64,000 nucleotides of DNA from an uncultured Alphaproteobacteria bacterium (GTDB taxonomy: Bacteria; Pseudomonadota; Alphaproteobacteria; SMXQ01): NCBI GenBank assembly GCA_963752345.1, contig CAVVYA010000015.1:640343-704342 (forward strand). Reading direction: 5' to 3'. Under the pieces are notes generated by a model. The model was not told where the DNA came from. It was given only the letters and a program-made list of their open reading frames with translations, and did not search any database. Position 1 is the first letter of the stretch, and each line of letters starts with the position of its first letter. Both the position numbers and the translations under genes were made by a program. This document shows positions 43,309 through 54,106 of this stretch, in pieces.

Positions 43309-44379
43309 ATGTCGACGAACGGTCGCGTGTCTTGCATCGCCCAGCGGATAACCTGTCGCCTATTGGGCGCATGGGCGGCATTGCTCGTCCTTCCCGGCGC
43401 GGCCCAGGCGCAATCCGTCGAATCCTTCTACAAGGACCGCCAGGTGCGGTTTGTGCTGTCGGCGAGCTTGAGCGGCGGCTATGGACTCTACGCGCACACC
43501 ATCACGCCCTTCCTCGAGAAGCATCTCCCCGGCCGTCCCAACATCGTCGTGCAGGAAATGCAGGGCGCGGGCGGGCTGGTGGCCGCCAACTGGCTGGCCA
43601 ATGTCGCGCCGAAGGACGGCAGCGTCATCTCGATGCTCCACCGCAGCGCCGTCTCAACGGCGCCGCTGTTCGGCGCCCAGAACATCCGCTTCGACCCGAC
43701 CAAGTTCGGCTGGATCGGCAACATGAATTCCGATCTCTCGGTCTGCGTCATCTGGCACACCGCGCCCGCCAAGACCTTCGACGATCTGAAGACCAAGCCG
43801 TCGATCTTCGGCGGCGTCGGCGCCGGGTCCGATATCGACACCTACACCAACATGCTGATCAATCTGTTCGACGCCAAGGCGCGTCTGGTGAGCGGCTATA
43901 AATCCAGCGACGGCATCCATCTCGCCATGGAGCGCGGCGAGGTCGAAGGGCGCTGCGGATGGGGCGTCGCCAGCCTGCTGAGCACGAAGGCGGACTGGAT
44001 CGCCGAAAAGAAGATCAACATCCTGGTGCAGATCGGCCTGCAGAAACATCCGGCGATTCCCGACGTGCCGCTGCTGATCGACCAGACCAGCGACCCGGAG
44101 ATGAAGCAGGTGTTGGAGACGATCTCCGCGCCGCTCGCCATGGGACGGCCCGTTCTGACGACTCCCGACGTGCCGCCACAGCGGCTCGCCGCGCTCCGCA
44201 CCGCGTTCGATGCCGCCATGGCCGACCCCGGCTTCAAAGCCGAGGCCGCCGCCAAGAATCTCGAATACGACCACGCGAGCGGCCAGGACATCGAAGCCAT
44301 CATCAACCGGCTCTATGCCATGCCGAAACCCGTCATCGAGAAAGCCGCGCGCGCGCTCGAATCGACCAGCAAGCGCTAG
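43309..44379 (+). CDS. TctC/Bug family substrate-binding protein (tandem to 42207-43274)
   Basis: 356 aa; signal peptide; VLSASLSGGYGLYAHTI...EMQGAGG. Confidence 0.85.
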   Translation: MSTNGRVSCIAQRITCRLLGAWAALLVLPGAAQAQSVESFYKDRQVRFVLSASLSGGYGLYAHTITPFLEKHLPGRPNIVVQEMQGAGGLVAANWLANVAPKDGSVISMLHRSAVSTAPLFGAQNIRFDPTKFGWIGNMNSDLSVCVIWHTAPAKTFDDLKTKPSIFGGVGAGSDIDTYTNMLINLFDAKARLVSGYKSSDGIHLAMERGEVEGRCGWGVASLLSTKADWIAEKKINILVQIGLQKHPAIPDVPLLIDQTSDPEMKQVLETISAPLAMGRPVLTTPDVPPQRLAALRTAFDAAMADPGFKAEAAAKNLEYDHASGQDIEAIINRLYAMPKPVIEKAARALESTSKR

Positions 44380-44716
44380 GGTGCCGGTAGCCTGGCGAGT
44401 GATCCGCGCAAAGAGCGCAGGGGCGAGTGCTGAGCACATCTCAGCGCCTTGTCGAATTCTCACCTCTGAGATTCGCGGCAACGGAACGATCGTTTCCACC
44501 AGGGGCGTGACGGACCGCCGCGCAAGCTGCGGAAAGGCGCGCGAAATTTCAACCGCCGCCGCCGGAAACCCGTTGATTCCCGGGCCGCTCGGCGGGAACG
44601 GCGAACGTGGAGCAGCGTGGCCGTTTAGAGGTCGATGGAATGGAGGCGAGCGCCACTCGTTACTTTGACAGCGTCTTTGGTTTGGGAGCCGCTTCATCGA
44701 TGAGGGGCTGGTCGTC

Positions 44717-44887
44717 ATGGCGAAAGATCCCAGTGCCGGGAATGCACCGGTAACGCGCACGCCCGAACAGAGCCGTGAGGGCGAAATTGGCAGGGACCGC
44801 TTCGTCCGCGGCCCGATGCGCTATGTGCTGATCATCTCGACGATCTTGGCCGTCGCGGGGTTGGTTGCCGCCTTCGTGCTCATCTGA
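44717..44887 (+). CDS. small hypothetical membrane protein (56 aa)
   Basis: ATG 44717, TGA 44885; C-terminal hydrophobic helix YVLIISTILAVAGLVAAFVLI; below 60-aa ORF-track cutoff. Confidence 0.3.
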   Translation: MAKDPSAGNAPVTRTPEQSREGEIGRDRFVRGPMRYVLIISTILAVAGLVAAFVLI

Positions 44888-44930
44888 CCACCGATGGTCG
44901 TGGCGCGGCGAGGCAAGGAGGACACCGCCA

Positions 44931-45119
44931 ATGGTCACCCGTGAAGACTGTCTTCTCAAGGCCGAGGACTGCGAACGCCTAGCCGGAGAATCGGATACCG
45001 AGGCGACCCGCGCGGCATTCCTCGCCGAGGCGCAGAAGTGGCGCGCATTGGCGGCCAAGTCAGATGTGGAACGGGCCCACGTGGACACGCCTGACCAAGC
45101 CCTGAAAGGCCTGGGATGA
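44931..45119 (+). CDS. small hypothetical protein (62 aa)
   Basis: MVTREDCLLKAEDCERLAGESDTEATRAAFLAEAQKWRALAAK; charged helical composition; internal M of ORF 44865-45119. Confidence 0.3.
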   Translation: MVTREDCLLKAEDCERLAGESDTEATRAAFLAEAQKWRALAAKSDVERAHVDTPDQALKGLG

Positions 45120-45286
45120 AGCTGCAGATGGGCAGGCAACCGGCGAGGCGCGAACATTCTTGGCAAAAGCTTCGATGCGCCGCTTTCTGCTCGGCCATGC
45201 ACTGAGGCGCCAACCCGTTGAAACCGCGATGGTGCGGTCGAGAAATACATTTTACATCGGCTGACAAGGCCGGGGCGTTGCGCCGC

Positions 45287-46195
45287 CTAGGCGCGTTCTT
45301 GCCTCGTCAGCTGATCCAGCAGGCCTCGCAGAAGAACGGATTGCGCATTTTCCTTTCGGTAGACGATCGAGAAATCGACTTTGCCAAATTGCGCGCTGAC
45401 ATCGATGTAGTGAAGGGCTGCCGATGGGCTATCGCTGACGCATAGCGAATGAACGAGCCCAACGCCCACGTCGTTTTCCGCGAAATCCCGCGCCGTCTGA
45501 CAACTTCCCACCTCGATCACGTCGCGATTTTTTATCCCCGCCTTCGCGAAGACGCGGTCGATGATTTTTCGCGTGGATGATTGATCCGGCGGGAGAACCA
45601 ACCTATAGCGCGCTATGTCGTCGAGCTTGAGCGGCTGGCGGCGGAAGAGGGGGTGATCGCGCGTGCAGACAAGGGACAGGGCGCTTTGGGTCACGACCTC
45701 CTTTTCGAGCGTCTCCGGCAGGTTCGGGAAATAGCCGATTCCGACATCGATATCGCCGCTGCCGACCAGCCGGAGCGTCTGCACGGCGTTATAGACATGG
45801 TGCCGCAGTTGAACGCCAGGGTAGCGCTTGATGAAGTTGCTGATTCTGGGCGTGAAGTACCAGACGATATCGCTGCTTGTCGAAAGCGATAGGCGCCCGC
45901 TGAACACGTTCTTCGGCACGAGATTCGCCAATGTCTCCTCGATGTGATCGAAGATGCCTGCCGCTTCGCGCAGGAAATTCTCGCCGGCGCGGGTGAGGAC
46001 CAGACCGCTCGGCGAGCGCTGAAAAAGCTCGACGCCGAGTTCCTGCTCGAGACGGCGGATCTGAAACGACACGGCCGGGACGCTGAGATGGAGGCGCGCG
46101 GCCGCCACCCGCAGACCGCCATGCTTCGCAGTCAGTTGAAAGGCCTTCAGTTTCTTGAGGTCGAGGCTTTCCGGCAGCATGGGCCGACCATACAA
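45287..46195 (-). CDS. LysR family transcriptional regulator
   Basis: LKKLKAFQLTAKHGGLRVAAARLHLSVPAVSFQIRRLEQELG HTH; divergent from bicupin dioxygenase gene. Confidence 0.85.
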   Translation of the reverse strand: MYGRPMLPESLDLKKLKAFQLTAKHGGLRVAAARLHLSVPAVSFQIRRLEQELGVELFQRSPSGLVLTRAGENFLREAAGIFDHIEETLANLVPKNVFSGRLSLSTSSDIVWYFTPRISNFIKRYPGVQLRHHVYNAVQTLRLVGSGDIDVGIGYFPNLPETLEKEVVTQSALSLVCTRDHPLFRRQPLKLDDIARYRLVLPPDQSSTRKIIDRVFAKAGIKNRDVIEVGSCQTARDFAENDVGVGLVHSLCVSDSPSAALHYIDVSAQFGKVDFSIVYRKENAQSVLLRGLLDQLTRQERA

Positions 46196-46228
46196 AAATT
46201 TTTAACAAGCGATATTAAACCTCTTAAA

Positions 46229-46257
46229 TTTACATCAACAACGATTTTTAATAGCAT
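46229..46257 (+). promoter_or_regulatory. σ70-like promoter candidate for the dioxygenase gene in the LysR divergent intergenic region
   Basis: TTTACA-N17-TAGCAT read directly, ~38 bp upstream of ATG 46295; adjacent TTAAC-N7-ATTAA LysR-box-like dyad at 46202-46218. Confidence 0.3.
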
Positions 46258-46294
46258 GCGGAATAAGGCGTTAAAGCCGCAGGGAAGCTTGAGA

Positions 46295-47400
46295 ATGACC
46301 GCAGAACAGCAGATGGACGCGTTTTATCGCGACCTCGCGCGGCAAGAATATGGACGCGCTGTGGCGCGGGCGGCCGCCCGCGCGGCCCAACAGTGGCATC
46401 ACGGCGCCCTATCCGCCGTGTCACTGGGCGTGGTCCGACATTCGGCCCTTCATGGACCGCGCCAGCCGCCTGGTCGCGACCGGTCCCGATGCCGAGCGGC
46501 GTGTCGTCCAACTGATCAATCCGGCGCTGGTCGATCTGCGCTCCGCGTCGCATACGCTCACCGCGAACGTGCAGATGGTGCTGCCCGGCGAGATCGCGCC
46601 GTCGCACCGCCATACCGCGGGCGCGATCCGCTTCATCATCGAGGGCGCCGCCGCCGTGACCATCGTCAATGGCGAACCGGTGGAAATGAGGCCGGGCGAC
46701 CTGGTGCTGACCCCCGGCGGCTACTGGCATGGCCACGTCAACGAATCCGATGGGCCGATGCTGTGGATGGATACGCTCGACCGGCCGATGGTCAACGCGC
46801 TGCGCCAGATGCACCAGGAGCCTTACGAAACCAAGCTCCAGGCGCGGACCAACGGCGATGGGCCACTCGGCTGTCCGCTATGGCGCGGGCGGCCTGCGCG
46901 CGGTCGGTGCCAAGGCGCATCCGATCTCGCCCCTGTTCCTCTATCCCTGGTCGGAAACGGAAGAGGCGCTGCATCGCCTGGCGGAGACGAGCGACGATCC
47001 GTTCGACGACATCGCCTTCGACTATGTCAATCCGACCACCGGCGGACCGGTCATGCCGACCATCGGCTGCCGCATCCAGATGATCCGCGCGGGTGTGCAG
47101 ACCAGGGCGCACCGCCATTCGGCCGTCTCGGTCCACCACGTGTTCCGCGGCAGCGGCTCGACCGTGATCGACGGCGTCAAGATGGACTGGAAGCAGGGCG
47201 ACTTCTTCGTCGTGCCGCCGTACGCCTGGCACGAACACCAGAACCGCACGGCCGAGAACGCGGTGCTGTTCTCGACCACGGACATACCGGTGCTCGAGGC
47301 GCTACATCTGCTGGCGGAAGAGGCCTATCCCGAGAACGGCGGCCATCAGACGGTGACGGGGGCATACGCCGAGCGCCAAGCCGCGCTCCAGGCGGGCTGA
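46295..47400 (+). CDS. gentisate 1,2-dioxygenase-like bicupin (apparent frameshifts near 46380 and 46860)
   Basis: N-cupin VLPGEIAPSHRHTAGAIRFIIEGAAAVTIVNGEPVEMRPGDLVLTPGGYWHGH; C-cupin RAHRHSAVSVHHVFRGSGSTVIDGVKMDWKQGDFFVVPPYAWHEH. Confidence 0.6.
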
Positions 47401-47455
47401 CAGGGGCGAGGCGAGAGCGCGAAACGTTGAGTCGCAGAAAGAAAAAGGACACGGG

Positions 47456-48694
47456 ATGCTGAACGAGACGATGACCACGGCAAAAGTGCCCGCGAGGACC
47501 CTCGGCTTCGGCATCGCCGGCCTCGGGGTCGCCAGTACCTTGCTGCTGCCCGGTGTCGAGAAGTTCGACAAGGCGCGCATCCTGGCCGCCGCCGATCCGC
47601 GCGACAGCGCGCGCGATGCGTTCGAAAAAAAATATGATGGCAGCCACGCCTACCGCAGCGTCGAAGAACTGTGCGCCGACCCCGCGGTGGACGTGGTCTG
47701 GATCGCGACACCCAACCAGTTTCATTGCGATCATACGATCATGGCTGCCGAGGCCGGCAAGCACATCATCTGCACCAAGCCGATGGCCCTTTCGGTCGAG
47801 GAATGCGAGCGCATGTGCGACGCGGCCGAGCGTAACGGAGTCCAAATGGTCTGCGGCCAGACCTTCAGCATGAGCCCCGACGTGCAGGCCTTGTGGATGG
47901 CGGCGAAATCGGGCGAGCTCGGGCGGCTGATCGCCATCAACACCTGGCTTTCGACCGACTGGCTGCTCAAGCCCCGCGCGCCCGAGGAACTGGATGAGTC
48001 ACTGGGCGGTGGCGTGGTCTATCGGCATGCGCCGCACCTCATCGACACGGTGCGGCTGCTCGGCGGCGGCATGGTGAAGAGCGTGCGCGCCAGCGTCGGC
48101 CGCTGGATGAAGGAACGGCCGGCGCCGGGCAATTTCTCGGCCTACCTGGAGTTCGAGGATGGCACCCCGGCGACGATCGCCTACAACGGCTACGGCTATT
48201 TCGACACGTCCGAGCTGACCTGGGGCATCGGCAACCGGATGTATTCCGACGACGAACGCGTGCGGGTGCGCGCCGCGCTGCGCCGCGGCGAGATTACCGA
48301 CTCGGCCAAGGAAGGCATGCGCTTCGGCGCGGGCAGCAGCGACGCCACCAGCACCGGCTCCGGCCATGCCAAGGCGGCGTCCGCCGGCACGCGTGCCCAC
48401 ATCGGCTGGTTCGGCATCACCGTCGCCAGCTTCGAGCGCGGCGACATCCGCCAGTCGCCCAATGGTATCTATGTCTATAGCGACGCTGGGCGGCGCGAGG
48501 TGCCGGTCCATGGTGGCCGGGGCACGGGCATGCTGGAGATGAAGGAAATGTACGAGGCGGTGGTCGAGGGCAAGCCGATCGGCCACGACGGCCGCTGGGC
48601 AACCGCAACGACGGAAGTCTGCAAGGCCATCCTCGATTCGGGGCGCGAGCGGCGCGAGGTGGAATTGACCCGCCAGTGCCGCTTCGCCCATTAG
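47456..48694 (+). CDS. Gfo/Idh/MocA family oxidoreductase (candidate cis-diol dehydrogenase)
   Basis: 412-aa intact ORF; N-terminal Rossmann GFGIAGLG...; ICTKPM (EKP-like) motif. Confidence 0.8.
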   Translation: MLNETMTTAKVPARTLGFGIAGLGVASTLLLPGVEKFDKARILAAADPRDSARDAFEKKYDGSHAYRSVEELCADPAVDVVWIATPNQFHCDHTIMAAEAGKHIICTKPMALSVEECERMCDAAERNGVQMVCGQTFSMSPDVQALWMAAKSGELGRLIAINTWLSTDWLLKPRAPEELDESLGGGVVYRHAPHLIDTVRLLGGGMVKSVRASVGRWMKERPAPGNFSAYLEFEDGTPATIAYNGYGYFDTSELTWGIGNRMYSDDERVRVRAALRRGEITDSAKEGMRFGAGSSDATSTGSGHAKAASAGTRAHIGWFGITVASFERGDIRQSPNGIYVYSDAGRREVPVHGGRGTGMLEMKEMYEAVVEGKPIGHDGRWATATTEVCKAILDSGRERREVELTRQCRFAH

Positions 48695-48704
48695 GACTGC
48701 GACC

Positions 48705-49472
48705 ATGGCAACGGAGTCTCCGCCCAAACTCGACATCGAAGCCCTCGCCAAGCTGGCGGCGGAGCTGACGCTCGGCTGCCGGATCCTGGCCGAGCAGGAG
48801 ATCATCGACGCCTACGGCCAAATATCGGTGCGCGTCCCGGGGGGCGACGGCCTGTTCATGATCAACCGCGGCATCAGCCCGGCCCTGGTCGAACCCAACG
48901 ATTTCATCGTCTGCGACGCCGCGGGCAAGATCGTCCACGGCACCGGCCATGTGAATTCCGAATGGCCGATCCACGCCTGCATCTACCGCGCGCGGCCCGA
49001 TGTCGCCAGCGTGCTGCATTCCCACAGCCGGCTGTCGCGCATCTTCAGCCTGTCGCGCCACAAGCTGCGTGGCCTGCTTACCAGCAGCAGCCCGGAATGG
49101 CAGGAGGGGCTGCCGCTCTATCGCGAAGCCGGGCTCATTACCTCGCTCGAGCGCGGCACCAGGCTCGCCGGCGTGCTGGGCGACAAATCCGCCGCCCTGC
49201 TGCGCGGCCACGGCGACGTGATCGCCACCAACGGCATCAAGCGCACCGTCATGAAGGCGATCACGCTCAAGCAGAACGCCGACGTGCTGCATGAATTGAT
49301 CTCGCATGGCGGCGAGATCGAGCTGTGGTCCAAGGAGGAGCTTGCCACCTGGGCCGATACGCAGGTCAAAGGGTTGTCCGCGGAGAATGTGGCCGCTCTG
49401 GCGGCGCGCGCCTGGGACTACTACGCGGCGCGGGTCGACGGTCGTCTGGCGCGGCTGCTCAACCGGATCTGA
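48705..49472 (+). CDS. class II aldolase/adducin family protein
   Basis: 255 aa; SVLHSHS metal-binding histidine region, LRGHGDV; family fold. Confidence 0.8.
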   Translation: MATESPPKLDIEALAKLAAELTLGCRILAEQEIIDAYGQISVRVPGGDGLFMINRGISPALVEPNDFIVCDAAGKIVHGTGHVNSEWPIHACIYRARPDVASVLHSHSRLSRIFSLSRHKLRGLLTSSSPEWQEGLPLYREAGLITSLERGTRLAGVLGDKSAALLRGHGDVIATNGIKRTVMKAITLKQNADVLHELISHGGEIELWSKEELATWADTQVKGLSAENVAALAARAWDYYAARVDGRLARLLNRI

Positions 49473-49518
49473 CCACGGTGCGACGAGCTTAGATCGAGTT
49501 TGCGGAGAGGAGAGAGAC

Positions 49519-50728
49519 ATGCAACAGGACATCAATGACAGGCTCACCCAGGTCGGCCCGGGAACGCCGATGGGCAATCTCCTGCGCCGCTATTGGCAGC
49601 CGGTCGGCGTCGCCATCGAGTTCGAGGCCGAGCCGGTCCAGAAGGTTCGCATCTTCGGCGAAAACCTGACGCTGTTCCGCAAGGAAGGCGGCGGTTTCGG
49701 CCTGGTCGGCGAGCGCTGCCCACACCGCTGCCTATCCATGGAATTCGGCATTCCCGAAGCCCGCGGCTTGCGCTGCGCCTATCATGGCTGGCTGTTCGAC
49801 GAGACCGGCCGCTGCCTGGAGCAGCCGTTCGAGGACCGCATGGCCGCGGACTCGACCTACAAGGACAAGACGCCGATCAAGGCCTATCCGGTGCAGGAAC
49901 TGGGCGGCCTGGTGTTCGCCTATCTCGGCCCGGCGCCGGCGCCCCTGCTGCCGCGCTGGGATCTGCTGGTGCGCGACGACATCGACCGCATCGTCCAGAT
50001 CCACAAACTGCCGTGCAACTGGCTGCAATGCATGGACAACGCCGCCGATCCCGGTGCATTTCGAATATCTCCACGCCGAGCTCGGCAACTACACTTTGCG
50101 CAAGATGGGCAAGCCGCCCGCGATGGTGCGCGCCGATCATGTGAAGATCGAGTTCGACGTCTTCAAATACGGCATCATGAAGCGCCGCCTGCTGGAAGGC
50201 GAGCCGGAGACGTCCGACGACTGGACGACCGGCCATCCGCTCCTGTTCCCCAATATCCTGGCGGTCGGCGGCAGCGAGAGTCCGTCCCTGTCGCTGCAGT
50301 TCCGCGTGCCGATCGATGACGTCAACACGATCCAGTTCGCCTACCGTGTGGCCGCGCGCAAGCCAGGCGCCGCGCCCCAGCCGCTGCGCGTCAAGCACAC
50401 CGAGCTGTTTGACGAAAAGGGCCGGATCATCGCCGACAACGTGCCGACTCAGGACATGGTGGCGTGGGTCGGGCAGGGCCCGATCTCCGACCGCACCAGC
50501 GAGCATCTCGGGCGTAGCGACAAGGGCGTCGTGCTGTTCCACAACCTGCTGCTGGAGAGCCTGGAGAAGATCGAGCGCGGCGAGGACCCGATGGGCATCA
50601 TCCGCGACCCGAGCGACAACGAGCCGATGATCGACATCCGCCGCGAGGGCAAGGCCCTGAAGCCGTTCCAATCGAAATACAACACGATCTTCGACTGGAT
50701 GAAGGCGGAGCCGGTTGCCGGTGAGTAG
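49519..50728 (+). CDS. Rieske non-heme iron oxygenase α subunit, phthalate-dioxygenase family (apparent frameshift near 50048)
   Basis: GGAGAGG RBS; LTQVGPGTPMGNLLRRYWQP; Rieske CPHRC...CAYHGW; catalytic domain continues in 49784-50728 frame. Confidence 0.75.
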
Positions 50729-50852
50729 GACGAGCCGGTAACATCGATGAAAACAACGCCGGCGACATACGGCGCCGACGGCATGTAGAGTAGCAGTCAA
50801 CAAGAATAGTAAGCACCCGATAATCAATGCCGGACGTCTTCGGGAGGCACCC

Positions 50853-51890
50853 ATGGCATGGACGAGGTTCTGCGCACTTCTCGCGATGTTCACCGGCATC
50901 GCGACGGGTGCTGCCGCGGCGGATCCCGTCGCGGATTTTTATAAGGACAAAACGCTCACGGTGGTGATCGGCTATCCGGCCGGCGGCGGCTTCGACGCCT
51001 ACGGGCGGCTCGTGGCCGACCATCTGCCGCGCTTCCTGCCCGGAAAGCCGAAGGCTACGATCCAATACATGCCTGGGGCCTCGAGCCTGAAGGCGGTGAG
51101 CAACATTTATAATGTGGCACCCCAGGACGGGACCGTCGTCGGCATGGCCGGCATTCAGATCGTGTTCAACGCCTTTGTGCGCGGCGAAGTGGGCGATAAG
51201 GTCGACGTGATGAAGATCAACTGGATCGGCCGTCTCGCCATGATGGATTCGGTGGCCGTCATCTGGCACGAAACCGGCGTCAAAAGCGTCGAGGATCTGA
51301 AAATCCGCAAGACCCATTTCGGCGGCACCTCCGCGGCGGCCGGCTCGGGATACATACCCTATGCCATGAACCGCCTGTTCGGTACGCAGATGAACGTCAC
51401 GCTGGGTTATGGCGGGACGACGGAGCAGTATCTGGCGATCGAGCGTCGCGAGATCGACGGCGTGACCAACGCCATCTGGTCGCAGCTCCAGCGTTCCCAC
51501 CCCGACTGGATCCGCGACAAGAAGATCGTGCCGCTCTTCCAGGACAGCGCCGAGCGCTATCCGTTCCTGCCGGACGTGCCGACGATGGTCGAAATGGCCC
51601 AGAACGAGGAGCAGCGCAAGGTGCTGCGGCTGATGTCGGTACCCTCCACCTTCGGCCGGTCCTTCTATGCTGGACCGAGGGTGCCGCCCGAGCGGGTAGC
51701 GGCCTTGCGCAAGGCCTTCATGGCGCTGACGGAGGATGACGCGGTCAAGGCCGAGGTCAAAAAGCTCAACCTGGATGTCTGGCCCATGTCGGGCGAGGGA
51801 CTGCAAGCCTTCGTGGAGGAGGTCGGCAGCTATCCGAAAGAGCTGTTCGAAGAAACGCTCAAAATCATCACGCCGGAAAAAGCGCGATAA
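50853..51890 (+). CDS. TctC/Bug family substrate-binding protein
   Basis: 345 aa; signal peptide; VVIGYPAGGGFDAYGRL...YMPGASS. Confidence 0.85.
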   Translation: MAWTRFCALLAMFTGIATGAAAADPVADFYKDKTLTVVIGYPAGGGFDAYGRLVADHLPRFLPGKPKATIQYMPGASSLKAVSNIYNVAPQDGTVVGMAGIQIVFNAFVRGEVGDKVDVMKINWIGRLAMMDSVAVIWHETGVKSVEDLKIRKTHFGGTSAAAGSGYIPYAMNRLFGTQMNVTLGYGGTTEQYLAIERREIDGVTNAIWSQLQRSHPDWIRDKKIVPLFQDSAERYPFLPDVPTMVEMAQNEEQRKVLRLMSVPSTFGRSFYAGPRVPPERVAALRKAFMALTEDDAVKAEVKKLNLDVWPMSGEGLQAFVEEVGSYPKELFEETLKIITPEKAR

Positions 51891-51962
51891 GCGTCCGCCG
51901 TCCGGCGGCGGCGGGCGCGGAAAAAACACGGTCGAGCCGTGACAGTATACGGGGAGAAGGCG

Positions 51963-53000
51963 ATGGCGCAGTTCAAATTATATATGGGCCTGGTGGCGAT
52001 CGCCGCCGGTCTGTGCACCACGGCGGCGGCCGATCCGATAGAGGACTTCTACAAGGACAAGCGCCTGTCCGTGGTCGTCGGCTATCCGGCGGGCGGCGGT
52101 TTCGACGCTTATGCGCGCATCGTCAGCGACAACCTCGGGCGCTTCCTGCCCGGCCAGCCGAAATCGACGGTGCAATATATGCCGGGCGCGGCGGCGCTGA
52201 AGTCGGTCAACTATATCTACAACGTCGCGCCTCAAGACGGCACCGTGCTCGGCGTGCCCAACACCTATCTGACCTTCAACGCCTTTGTGCGCGGCGAAGT
52301 CGGCGACGGCGTCGATGTCACCAAGCTCCATTGGATCGGCCGCGTCGCGCCGATGGACATCGTCACGGTCGTGTGGCACGGCACCGGTATCAAGAGTTTC
52401 GACGACCTGAAAAGCCAGAAGGTCTTCTTCGGCGGGACGAGCGCCGGCGGCGGCTCGACGATCATCCCCTACACGCTGAACCGCATGTTCGGGACCAAGA
52501 TCGATCTCGCGCTCGGTTACGTGGGCACGACGGACCAGTATCTCGCCATGGAGCGCGGCGAGATTCACGGCATGAGCAACGCGATCTGGTCGCAGATGCA
52601 GCGCTCCCACCCGCATTGGATCGCCGAGAAGAAGGCCATCCCGCTCCTCCAGGACGGCTATGAGCGGCGCGCCAGCCTGCCCGACGTGCCGACCATCGTC
52701 GAACTGGCCCAGAACGAGGAAGATCGCAAGGTGTTGCGCCTCGTGGGCAGCGCATCGGTGTTCGGCCGTTCGTTCTATGCCGGGCCCAAGGTACCGCCGG
52801 AGCGCGTCGCCGCCTTGCGCAAGGCTTTTTCGGCCATGACAAAGGACGAAGCTTTCACGGCAATGGCGGCGAAGCTCAATATCGACGTTGATCCCCTCTC
52901 GGGCGAGGCACTGCAGGCTACGGTCCAGGAGATCAGCACCTATCCCAAGGCGCTGTTCGAGCGGACCAACGACCTGACCTCGCCGGAAAAGGATCGCTAG
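51963..53000 (+). CDS. TctC/Bug family substrate-binding protein (tandem paralog of 50853-51890)
   Basis: Closely similar along whole length to upstream copy (AADPIEDFYKDKRLSVVVGYPAGGGFDAYARIV...). Confidence 0.85.
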   Translation: MAQFKLYMGLVAIAAGLCTTAAADPIEDFYKDKRLSVVVGYPAGGGFDAYARIVSDNLGRFLPGQPKSTVQYMPGAAALKSVNYIYNVAPQDGTVLGVPNTYLTFNAFVRGEVGDGVDVTKLHWIGRVAPMDIVTVVWHGTGIKSFDDLKSQKVFFGGTSAGGGSTIIPYTLNRMFGTKIDLALGYVGTTDQYLAMERGEIHGMSNAIWSQMQRSHPHWIAEKKAIPLLQDGYERRASLPDVPTIVELAQNEEDRKVLRLVGSASVFGRSFYAGPKVPPERVAALRKAFSAMTKDEAFTAMAAKLNIDVDPLSGEALQATVQEISTYPKALFERTNDLTSPEKDR

Positions 53001-53056
53001 GATTTCCATTGGTTTTCGCCGCCGCCCGGCGGCTTTTGGATTGGGAGACATAAAGA

Positions 53057-53951
53057 ATGCGTCTGGTTGTGTTCAACGATTTCCGCATCGGCGTTCTCGA
53101 GGATGACTCGGTGCGCGACGTCAGCCGGGCCGTGCCGAAATGGGAAAGCGACGATGCGCGCGCCATGAATCGGCTGATCGCCGGCTGGGCCACCCTGCGC
53201 GCACCGATCACGGAAGAGGCGAAGAAGGCCAAGCCGGTGCCGCTCGCCGAGGTCAGCCTCAAGGCGCCGGTGCCGGCGCCGACCCATCTGCTCGCCGCGC
53301 CGTCGAACTACAAAGCGCACAGCGAGGAGATGCGCACGGGCGCGGCCGGTGTTCATGTCAGCGAGGATAAGAAGAGCAAGCGGCAGACCGCCGAGGAGCT
53401 CGGCTTCTTCATGAAGGCGGTCGGCTCCATCACCGGTCCGCACGACCCGATCGAGTTGCCGCTCAAGACCTATCCGACGCGGCGCTTCGATCACGAAGGC
53501 GAGATCGCGTTCGTGGTCGGCAAATACGCCAAGGGCGTCTCGCCGGACAAGGCGATGGACTACATCTTCGGCTACACCATGATGATCGACGCCACCATGC
53601 GCAATTCCGCCGAGCGCTCGGAAGAGCGGGTGCAGCGCAAGTCCTTCGCCTCGTTCAGCCCGATGGGTCCCTGCGTGGTGACGGCGGACGAGGCGGGCCG
53701 CTGGCAAGACCTCAACGTCAAGACTGTTCCTGAATGGCGAGCAGCGTCAGGATGCGCGGGCCACCGACATGATCGTCGATATTCCCAACCTGCTGTCGCG
53801 CGCCTCACACGTCATGCCGCTGCTGCCGGGCGACGTCTACACGACCGGTAGCCCCGCGGGGGTCAGCCCGATTTCCGTCGGCGACACGGTCGTGGTCGAA
53901 GGCCGCGGGATTGGCAGCATGAAGCTATCGGTCGTCGAACGCGGCTGGTGA
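53057..53951 (+). CDS. fumarylacetoacetate hydrolase (FAH) family protein (apparent frameshift near 53717)
   Basis: FAH-fold segments …EGEIAFVVGKYAKGVS…IFGYTMMIDATMR…; frame switch restores DLNVKLFLNGEQRQDARATDMIVDIPNLLS. Confidence 0.7.
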
Positions 53952-54106
53952 TCGACCGAGGTAGATGTGGCGTATCGCGGAACGGGGCAGGGTCTGGCCG
54001 ACCAACCGATGAGAATGGAAGGAAGCCCTGGCGCTAAATCCATTCCAGGTGGTCTTCCGCTTCTCGCCGCCGTTCTCGCCGGGCAACCGCCGAGACGGAA
54101 TCCGAG

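Noticed and set aside
41964-44760. Long antisense ORFs (457 aa at 41964-43337; 368 aa at 43654-44760) over the TctC genes
   Set aside because: The sense-strand TctC proteins have signal peptides and conserved family motifs. The antisense translations are low-complexity.
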